NCBI GenBank assembly: GCA_977017575.1 | Contig: CDRNVI010000083.1 | Location: forward strand, 372,001 to 436,000 | From: Paramoeba atlantica | Lineage: Eukaryota; Protista; Discosea | Direction of reading: 5' to 3' | DNA: 64,000 nt | Shown: positions 41,279 to 51,300 of the stretch, piece by piece | Position numbering within the stretch: the first letter of the stretch is position 1 | How the letters are laid out: the number at the start of each line of letters is the position of its first letter | Program-made: the position numbers and the translations under genes | Notes under the pieces: generated by a model | What the model saw: only the letters and a program-made list of their open reading frames with translations | Databases searched by the model: none | What the model was told of the DNA's origin: nothing

Positions 41279-43118
41279 ATACATAATGAGAATCAGTATG
41301 TATAACTGTGTTCCTCGTAGAAGACGAAGCTGCCTGAATGCCTAAAAGAAAGGAGCGAAGTTCAGCCCGATCCGGCGAAGTGCATTCCGGTGGTAAAACG
41401 TGTTGTCTGGTTCTTACACCATTTGAATTAACAATAACTATCCCCGAACCCGCGGCTGGTTTTCCTGCTTCTGAACTGACAGCCCCATCTACGTATATGT
41501 GTTCGGAATCAGCTGAGAGAGGAGAATGGTCCGTGCCTTCTTCAATTCCTTCGAGTACTTTGTAGGTGGTAGTATCTAAGTCCTGGCATACCTTCTTCCA
41601 GGATCTAGAGCCGAAAACCATGTAGGATTTGTGAGATTCAAGATATTCACGCAAAAATTTAACTCTCGACGCCCACCAATCCCGATCTCCCGCTAGGACA
41701 TTGAGATCTTCGACATCTAGTTCCATGTCTTCAGCACATGCCTCTGATAGAGTGGGACGATATTTCTTTCCTGTTGCTTTGCGCCATAGCATTACCGATT
41801 TGAAGGGATTATTGCCGCGGATCAGGTGTCCTAGCATTTGAACTCGGAGGACTCGACATGCGTTAGAAAGTCGCATTCTGTTCCCATATAGTGCATCACA
41901 TGGTGTACCTCTTGTACCATCCCAAGTACGAACCCCGATCGCTAGTCTTCTCATTCGGTTCACTTCACAGTCAATTAAATCAGCGTCTTTTTTTATTAGG
42001 GAAAAGTTTCCACAGCCATACAGCAATAAAGGTGAAACCAGAGATTCGAATAAGTGAAATTTTGTGACAAGCGTGAGGCCTGATTTCCATAATGACTGTA
42101 GGCGATGTGTTGCAGCCCACGCTAAGTTAATTCGGTCTTCAAAGTTTACAATGACACCCTTATTAGTAATTTTCAACCCCAAGTATCGATATTCGGTGAT
42201 TCGAGGCACCAACCCCCCATTCGTTAGAATCAAGTCTCCTTGTGCGTCATTCACTTGACCTACTGTCATCCACGCAGTTTTATTTACACCAATGTTGAGA
42301 CGTAAGTTGACTTTCGCAGCTGTTTGTTCCAGTCTTTCCATAACGCGATTCAAATTAGTAAGAGAGGGACATATGAGCACTAAATCATCCGCGTATGCTA
42401 AATAATTTAGACATTGCGCAGGCTTTCCTTGTCTTTTTGTGCCCGCCCTTCGCAAGATAAGTCCGAACTCATTTTCCTTATACACTTCAGCCATGACTCG
42501 ATCCAGAACCATGAGGAATAGGACAGGGGCCAAAACATCACCTTGAAGTGTGCCACACTGGATCGGAAACGTATCAGTAACTCCGCTTTTGCATCGTACA
42601 ACTGCTTCTGTTTTTTCATACATAGAAATTATCATGCTGCTGAGATGCTGCGGGATGTGAAAGGCTTCCAGTGCAGCACGAATGGAGAAAAAGCTGACTG
42701 AAGGAAATGCCTGACGGAAATCCACGAAGCCTAGCGCAACACCAGGATTCTCACGAGACGCTTTCTGGCACAACTCAATGAGGGTTGCTTGTGCTCCCGT
42801 TGTTGCTCTATTGGGTCGGAATCCGTATTGACAATCACTTAATTGAGCATCCACTGTAGGAAGAATTCGATTTAGTATCATACGGTTCATGAGTTTTGCA
42901 GCGTGCACTATTAGACATATTGGTCTCCAATTGTTCATGTTGCCTAAGTCGCCTTTTTTCGGAACTGGGACTTGGATAACTCGTTTCCATGTCTGTGGCG
43001 CTCTTCCGCTCTCACGAACCATATTAATTAAATGTAGAAGAATAGATTGTATGAACGGATCGCTGTTCAGTACTCGTAAGGCTTCAATTGGAATCGAGTC
43101 AATGCCTGGTGCTTTACC
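41279..43118 (-). mobile_element. APE-2 central part (RT and start of RNase H)
   Basis: GKAPGIDSIP, NWRPI, VDFRQAFPSV, GTLQGDVLAPVLF, YADD, IYVDGA, HTDSHYV. Confidence 0.9.
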
Positions 43119-43912
43119 GTGCAATGTACAGGTTTCAACGCCACAGCGAAGCACAACATGTTGACCAAGTTTCTATATGATCTTTGCATGAAAGCTGGTA
43201 TTCCATGCGAAAGAGAGCCGCGTTCTTTTAGCACGTGGAGTTGTCTAACATGCGGAAATACAGTCGACTACAACAATCAGCATCTCCACCACAAAACATG
43301 CGGAGGACGGCAGTTTCATCGCTCAGGCCCGGATCTTGCGATCTACTGGAACAGTGGCGTGGTGTTCTACGACCTAACTGTGGTGCACGAGCTCGCGCCT
43401 TCCCATCGGAATAAAAAGTGTTCCCAACTCGTGCGAGAAGCTATACAGCGGAAAAATGAAACATATGTCAATAGTGGCATGATTCCGGCGGAAGCTTTTG
43501 AGTGCCTTCCTGTCTTGTCCTGCGGGTCTTTACATAAGAGCACACGGGGCCTAATTAAATCACTGACGGATGTCTGCCTGTTGGATACCCAAAAAACCGA
43601 ACAGGCATTCAAGTTGCTACTCCAAGAGCTGAACGGATCCGAAGTATACGCACAGCTCCGACATTTTTTGGAGCCTCAAGACTATCAGAAAAGCACTATT
43701 CTTTAAGAAATCAAAAGTACAGAAAAGATACAAATTGGAATTATAAAGTCTGCGAAGAGATAGACAAAAATCAGTACTAAAAGTTTATGTAAACTTGAGA
43801 AAGTAAAAAAAAAAAAAAGTATATAAGTTTACGATAAGAAATTTAGGAGACTTTAAAAAAAGAGCGCAAGCTCGTTAGTATTGCCAGGATAAAAAAAAAA
43901 AAAAAAAAAAAA
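43119..43912 (+). mobile_element. CRE-like 3' fragment G (RLE + UTR + poly(A)) inserted in APE-2
   Basis: C..CTGFNATAKHN...SGPDLAIYW...YDLTV; A-runs ~43806 and 43891-43912. A 5-bp TSD TTACC (43114-43118 and 43913-43917) splits DMATG/KAPG of APE-2. Confidence 0.85.
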
Positions 43913-45776
43913 TTACCAGTTGCCATATCTTTAAGAGCAGTCGTCAATTCATTGAGATCAAACGGTCCATCAGATATAGGGATAAACGACTTTGGCGCTT
44001 CCGCAAATTTGATCTTGTTGTCTACCTCCTTTAGTTGCACAGTATTCTGAAAGTGTAATCGCACATTACATAATTGTTCGCTTTTTGTTTTTCCTGGCGG
44101 TCTGAGGCGTGATGAAGTGTGCCCAGTCATCATTTTAACATGTCTCCAAGAAGAACGTTTGTATCTTTGAAAGTTTTGTTGTAGAGACAGGCATTCTTGA
44201 GTGATATTTTCATTCACGGTGATGCTATGTTCTTTTACTAGAGAATCGAACCTCTGCGGACTTTGAGACGTACGGAAAATGTCACGGATTCGCAACTGTG
44301 TAGTAGTTTCATCGTTTGAAGCAAACATGTTTATGTTTTCCTCCTTCGTTGTTTCAGCAGCCATGATAATTGCTTTTTCCAATTTATCCCACAAAATATC
44401 ACTTGGAAATATCACAGGCATTTCGGTTGACATTTTCTGGTTTGGCTCATTTCGTCTTCTTTTCATCCCAACTATCTCCGCATGTTCGGTGTAGTTCTCT
44501 TTCACACGGCGTATGAAGTCCATACATATTTGTGGACCCTTTAACTGATACCACGGTAATCGCAAGCTACCGTCATTTACTGAAGCTTTCCAACGAAACT
44601 TAGTTTTTACTGTTACTATTTGATGTCGAGTCGGCACCGGGGGTTGGAGAACTCTGTGGCCATGTAAGGTAGTGACGAAACGTTTGTTGACAAGAATATG
44701 GTCTAGTTGTTTTACAGTTCCATTTTGAAAAGTATAAGTCCACTTCTTTCTGCTTGGGCAGGATGTATGTGCCGCGCGAGCTCCAAGCTCAGACAGTAAA
44801 TTGGTAAGCCGATGTTGTGCCTTATTTTTACGCATTATTCGCTGACACTTATCTGTCAGTGGCGCATTAAGATCCCCCAGAACAAGTTTTATTTTCGCAT
44901 TACTAAGATTCCATGCATCACGCAGATCATTGCAAAATTTCTCCTTTACGTCATCTTTTGCCACCGCCGTGGGGGCATAAACATTGAATAGCACACCGTG
45001 GAATTTTGGTAAGTCTAGAGTAACCTGTTGGATCCGATCACTGATTCGCGACACAAGAGCAGGCTCAAATAGGCTTAGAATCATGAGTCCACCGTAACCT
45101 TTGATAGCGCCTTGAATATAAACATGAAATACGAACTTTCCATGACGAATTGTCTGATGTGCAATGTTTTGAATGATATCGGTTTGTACACGAGTTTCCT
45201 GAAGGCAACAGAGGGCAAGGCCTCGCTCGACCATGTACGACATAATTTCCCGTAGTCGTGTCGATTTGCGAAGGGAGAAATAATCAGTTCCCTTTAGTTT
45301 CAGGGTAGTGACGTTTAGAGTTGCAAGATGTAGCGTCTTGTTCGTGGCAGTGGGGTTAGATTCCTCGACCGCCGGGGAGCCATTCCGACGGGGAAGTCGC
45401 GCAGAACGGTGCTTCCTACATTTCTTCTTACGGGGGGGTGCCACGCGGCCCGCACAGATCGCTACTCGTGGGTCTATAGGGGGAAAAGGAAACGATACTC
45501 CAGGACAACAGTCATAGCGAATACGCCATAGACCATTTTTGGCCCGAAATTTCGCAGTCCCTTGCCACATCTTTAGCCTTTGAGCAAACGACCAGCGCCA
45601 GACCACAGCGACACGAGACCCCGCACGAATCGTGTTGGACATACTGGTTACCGCACGATCACGGAGTTTTGCTACGCCAAACTTTGACTTTGATGGCCAA
45701 AAATTGACGCCCCGACCTAACCTGGACCGACCAATAAGAGCAACCGGGTCAGAACACCGCTTTCTCTCATTGACCG
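43913..45776 (-). mobile_element. APE-2 5' part (N-terminal domain and AP endonuclease)
   Basis: RGVNFWP...AKLR...RVAVVWRW, LNVTTL, CLQETR, NVYAPT, VLGDLNA, LDHIL; homologous to APE-1. Confidence 0.9.
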
Positions 45777-48046
45777 TGGCTCGTCGTCTATGAGAAGTCT
45801 AACGATGCTGTCGGTCGTACCTGTAGGCCCAGGGCTCACACCTTTTGCCAGTCGTCTACTTGCACATCTTAATTCTTGTACGGCTATTCCTGCGATAATC
45901 GGTGCATCTTCCGGAACTTTGAAATTGCAGTTTTGTTCTGGATGAAGTGCACGTAGTTTTTGGACTTTTTCTTGATCAGTCAACGTGCTCTTCTGAAAAG
46001 AACAGTCCAAAATCCTTGAAGCCTTCGATGTACAGTTTTCTAGCACCAAACGAGTGGCCCGTTTGATTGCTCGCTTGTCCTCATGAAAAAACTCGTCTTC
46101 TGGTTGATTGTGTTCAACTGTCTCTTGTTGTATGGGTCTTCGCCGCCGTTGTCTACTATTGGCTTGACGCACAGAAGCTAATGAAAGTTTCATTGCAGAC
46201 AAAACTTTATTCCAAATTTGATTTCTTTGTACGTAGTCGCTTTCTGCATAGATGTGCATGATGTCCCTGTATATGGCAATCACACTGGAGATAAAATCAG
46301 GACTAATGGTTTTCGCGGTTGGAATTGGGAGATGGTCTACGTCTGCAGCTCCTGTGTCCAGCTTAAGCGCTCTGGCCTTTTTAACATGTGTTTCTTCGCG
46401 GGTCTCAATAGGAAGGTTCTCGTCAATGGCTGGAGGAGCTCTGTACCAACGGATCTGATATACACGGATATTTTCTTGCGGAGGAAGAAAACCTGGAAAA
46501 CTTTCTTCTGCACGATGGCCGAACAGACCTTTATAGCTCAAATGTAGTTTCGACGCCCCGGTCCGATTCGCGGATCGTGTTACGGTTCCTTCGGAGATGT
46601 TCAAGGCGGTTTGTTTATCGAATGTCCACGCCACTGTGCATTTGGTTCCTTTTTTTATTGAAGAACAAGACTTCTGTATGCGCTCGAAAGGAATGGGGAA
46701 TTCGGTGTCTGGATTTATCGATTTTATGATGCCACCGATGTGGTTGTCTTGTTCCGGATTTCCTTCGCTATAAAGTATGCTGATGACTTGATTTGTTGTT
46801 TCGGTTGGTTTGTCCTTTTCTTGTGTGTCTGGCGTGATGCAGTCGTAGAACTCGGTGTTACTTCCATACTCCTTGGTTTTGGGGCCCGGAGTCGTGCTAA
46901 TTACCTGTATTTCGCTCGATGTGTCAGGTCGGAAACCTTCGTCGCCGTTGGGCGCAATTTCGCCGTACTGAATCGGTTCGTTGTTTTGTACGCGTCCGTT
47001 TTCCTGGACGTTCTTTGTACTCTTGTTGTGCTCGTTTTCCTTTTGGATGATAGCATCCTGCAGAACTTTAGCCTTCTTACGGTAACTGTCCATGGCAACG
47101 GCCGACGGATTTAACGGTCGTAAAACGAGTTCATCCAGAGTAGTGGGATCTTTTGGTGGAGGGGTGGCCGCCTGAGCGTACGTTGGTTCCTTTCTCCAGT
47201 TCGTAAATGCTGTGTTCCGAGCGGTGTTCGTTCTTATTTTGATGCATCCTTCTGGGTGACGAATGGTTGGGCTCTCGTCTTGCGACACTTTGTCAGCTCT
47301 TGTCTGAAGAAGGTTGAGTTGTTTGTTTCGCCGATTGAAGAAATTTGAAGACAGCAGTGCGTTCTTAATTGTGACTTTGCAGTCACTTTTCGGCAGTGGG
47401 GTCGGCGATCGACGCATCGACGGAGGAGGAGATTGTGGACACTCAGATGGCGTTGATGGTGGTGATGGCGGCGGTAGTGGCGGCGGAAGTGGCGGTGAAG
47501 TAAGTGACCGCGATGCGGCGGGGACGGGCGATGGAAGAGACGGAGTTTCAGTGGACAAAGTCGTGGGTGGTGAGGGCGGCGGGGGCGGCGGGGGCGGCGA
47601 AGGAGAAGCGCTCGGTTCGGACGGAGCCTCAGGCGGTTTCTCCTCAATTGTTTTCTTCCTGCGACGGGTCGGAGGTAGAGGCTGTACGACGGGAGCTACT
47701 CCCGTTTCTTTCGCCCGGCTCCGCGTGAACATGCCCATGAAAGTGAGAAAGTAATAGAAAATAAATCAACTCAAATCAAATCAACTTCCAATGACCGATC
47801 CACACAAATTGTGCAAATAAATCAACTTCCAATGACCGATCCACACAAATTGTGCAACAACTCCATGGATTTCGTCGAACAATTCCCACGTTGACGTGTC
47901 CGAAGGCACTCTACTTCCTCGAAATCCTCCACGCACTCCGATCGTCGCTTGCGGCGCCCCAGCGCCCAGGTACATAAAAGTGTAGGTTGTCAGAATAAGA
48001 AAAAGAAAATCAACAAGGTACAGAAACTGTATCTTTATCGTTAAAG
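45777..48046 (-). mobile_element. Family B copy 2, 5' part with SL, ~270-nt 5' UTR and Pro-rich N-terminus (ATG 47738)
   Basis: SL 48011-48046, ORF MGMFTRS...PPPPPP...LLIDDEP, near-identical to B1 over the shared region. ~40-bp tandem duplication in the 5' UTR (~47778-47857). Confidence 0.92.
48011..48046 (-). other. Spliced-leader exon sequence (36 nt)
   Basis: Identical to the copy at 25896-25931 and followed by attttcttttt. Confidence 0.87.
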
Positions 48047-50760
48047 AGCAACAGTACATCAGAACTGTACTTTAGCAACAGTACATCAGAACTTAATCCG
48101 ACGTCAGAGCTCAGTTAGAAAATCCCGCAAGAACTGGATGGAGGAAGATGACTCAAAACTGAGCGAGCATGACCGCTTAGAATTAGACATGGACCGCCGT
48201 TCTATTAGCAACGCTTTGCAAGCGGGACGAGCAGGAAATCTAAGCAAAGCAACGCGAATACTAGACAACGTGTATCGAGATTCACCTCTCACGGCAGAAG
48301 AAAAAGCTCAGACACTAAAATCACTTCACCCAAACGGACCCTCACCTCAAGGGACGGACCAAGAGCTACCGAGAATTGCAGTGGTCGAATGCTCCGAATT
48401 GCGCCTAGCGACAGCAAAATTATCCCGAGGTGCATCGCCCGGACCCACTGGTTTTAGCGAATGTATGATGCGGCTCTTAGCAGAAGACGAAGAATCATGC
48501 CTCGCCTTGTGTCATATGTTCCGCGACGTCATCAACGGGGAAATCGCTCACAGTGTACGCAAACGTCTGACTCGTTGCAGAATCATTGCTCTAGCCAAAC
48601 CGAACAACGGCGTAAGACTTGTAGCGATGGGGGATACCATAATTAAAATATGTGGCACAATTCTTCTTCAGCGTCATGAGGCTGCGCTAAAATCGCTCTT
48701 CCAACCTATCCAGCGAGGGATCTTGCAGAAGAATACCTGTGAATCAATTGTACACGAGTTACTTTCTGAGTATGAAGCTGGAAATACGGTGCTCACCATT
48801 GACTTCAAAAACGCGTATAATACACCTCATCGAACAGCAATAGAAAGAGCTCTAACTCAATATCCCATCTTCAAACATTTCATGCGGATTTTTTATTTGG
48901 AATATGGCCAGCCAACCGAACTTCTCTTCTTTGCTAACAACTCGCTGCATTCAGTCATAGAGAGCTCCTCTGGGGTTCGGCAAGGATCCGCGCTGTCATC
49001 GCTTTATTTCTGCGCTGTGTTGCATGGAGCTTTGAAAGAAGTAGCTGATGCTTACCCCGAGGTCACCGTAAGCGCGTACCAGGATGATGTAACGATGAGT
49101 TCTAAAAACGAGGCATCTCTCGAGGTTGCATTCTTGCATTTCAAAGAGCTTACGAGCGATCTGAACTTAGAAATAAATTACCGCAAATGCGAAATTTTTC
49201 AAGGATCCAGGGCATTACACATCAAAGATTCCTCTCTTCGGGAACTTGGGGTTCAAGACTGCGTAGATACAATCAAAGTGCTCGGAGGATACCTAGGCAA
49301 CAACAAAGCCGTAGAACGCAAACTTCTCGAAAAATTGGAGAAGCATAACTGTCTGTTTCGAAGACTCAGCCGCATGGGGCCAAGTAATCTTTCCCTCGCA
49401 ATTTTAAAGCGTTGCACGATACCGCGCCACGATTATCACCTGCGAGTACATAAACCGGGCGCATCACTCCTTCTAGCTCAGACTTTTGACAAAGAGATCT
49501 AACAAGTCTTAAGAAAGTGGTGCGATGCTGACGAAGATGCCTTAGCACTTGCCTCTTTGCCGTGCAAAATGGGAGGATTGGGAATAACCTCCACAGTTCT
49601 GAAACATCGCTATCTTTTTGAAGCTTCCCGTCAATCTATTGATGAGCATTTCAACCCATATGAAGCTCCGATAGAAAACCCTGAGAAGCAACAAAAAGGC
49701 AACAAGACCACAGGGACACAAGGAGTACGCACGGCACTGAAGAAACTAGTCAATGACGAGCACGAAAAACTTGCGGCAGAGCTGAAAACAAAACCACGTT
49801 TCAGTGGAGTTATGAAGCGCTCGAAGGAAGCAAATTTTCATCTCCTCTCGACCAACAACTACGTAAACCCGTACCTCTTCCAGCAAACGCTCAAGATGAG
49901 GCTGGCCGTCAGTCTCCCTTCTTCGAGTAATATCTCCTGTCCTGGATGCGGGGTCAGTGAATCGCCCTCCGGAATATTTCCACACGTTGCAGGTTGCTCG
50001 AAATGTGCTGGGATGAACTGTACGAGAAAACACTCACACATTGTTCGATACCTTTCAAATCTATGTGGAAAAGCTGGACTCCCATGTGCGTTGGAACCGC
50101 GTCTGTATTCATCGTTCTTTTGCACGAAGTGTAAGTGCTCTATTTCACCAGAAGCAGCGGAGAGACACCCATGCAGAGCTCGTCGTATACGTTCGGGCCC
50201 CGATCTGGCCATAATGTGGCCAGATATTGGAGAAGTCCTCTACGATGTCACAGTCGTACACACACTCTGCAGCAGCTACCAGAAACAGTCCAGCAAAGCC
50301 CTTCTAGAGAGTGCCATAGAAAGAAAACATCGAAAATACATAGTGGAGAAAGGAGTGGATCCAAACTATTTTCGATGCATAGCGCTAACTGATTGTGGAA
50401 TGCTGCACGAAAATACGAAGGAGCTGATTAAAGCCCTCTCGAAACGCGCTGACTTAGACCCCAAAGTGATACGGGAAGCCTTCCAATTGGAAAACGAAAA
50501 GTTCGCAGCATACACAATCGTGTCGCAGCTGCGAAATCACATCAAGGGCGAAAAGTGGCTAGGAGGCCTCAGACTCTGAATGTAGTCGGTTTTCGCGACT
50601 CTCCGACAGCACTCCCATCTTATGCCTTTTACTTTACGACCTGTGCCTCCGAAATGTGGTCGTTACGGTAGTTGATCGTGCCGACAGTGCTTACTCTCAC
50701 GCCTTGCTCTTTCGAGTGAGGTTCCCCAACGTGAGGTAGGTAGGATCAGGTTTTTTTTTC
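48047..50760 (+). pseudogene. 5'-truncated family A' CRE-like element with one in-frame TAA (49500-49502)
   Basis: ORFs 48138-49502 and 49557-50579 share a frame and align colinearly with A1 (IDFKNAYN, GVRQGSALS, AYQDD, LPCKMGGLG, GPDLAIMW). Confidence 0.9.
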
Positions 50761-50768
50761 TCGAAAGA

Positions 50769-50828
50769 CTTTACAAAAAGGTTGATCTTTTACAAAAAGG
50801 TTGATCTTTACAAAAATGTTGATCTTTT
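50769..50828. repeat. Three degenerate 18-19 bp units of TTTACAAAAAGGTTGATC
   Basis: Resembles the reverse complement of the 17-bp array (TTACAAAAAACTTGATC). Confidence 0.75.
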
Positions 50829-51044
50829 CAAACTCGTATAACTTCAATGTGATATAAGCCCCTCGGCTAAATTTCCATGCGTAGACTTCTAGATTTTAAC
50901 CCATCTAACCTAAATTTATTCATTACTAACAAAGGAAAAACCACTTAGAAAGCGAGAGCCATCTCACTCTCATCAGAAATAAAAAATAAAAAAAAGTTCC
51001 TCCTGTTAGCGAGTAGTTCTTCCTGTTAGCGAGCGCGCTAACCC

Positions 51045-51295
51045 CACCCGGAACGCGCGGATGGATTGGGCGTGGATTGCTTCCTTTTTTATTATTATTG
51101 TTATCAGAATCATAAATAACTTAAGGCAGGTTGAATTACTAGTTTTGGGCTACAACATGTGAAATTGCTAATTTGATTGCTTGTTTACAAATCATATACC
51201 CCCCCCAATGGACCTTCATGGTTCATGTATTGGGTAATATAGAGGCAATGCCGCGTTTCATACTTCTCCCCCCTTATTAATCGCAAAAAAAAAAG
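51045..51295 (+). mobile_element. Diverged D-type 3' UTR terminal fragment (D5) with short poly(A)
   Basis: ccggaacgcgc...ggattggg...cccccaatggacc...gaggcaatgccgcg...cccccttattaa followed by an A-run, as in the other D 3' UTRs. Confidence 0.8.
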
Positions 51296-51300
51296 TTAAA

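Noticed and set aside
49500-49502. Stop-codon reassignment suggested by the in-frame TAA in A'
   Set aside because: All other long ORFs are open under the standard code and homologues end at equivalent stops; a single nonsense mutation is simpler.
50696-50740. Twister ribozyme (CAC-GCC...GGU-CCCAA...GUG-AGG resemblance)
   Set aside because: The 3' strand of P4, the L4 GC for the second pseudoknot, the UAA cleavage segment and the GGG partner are missing. Kept only as an unknown motif; an Infernal search would settle it.
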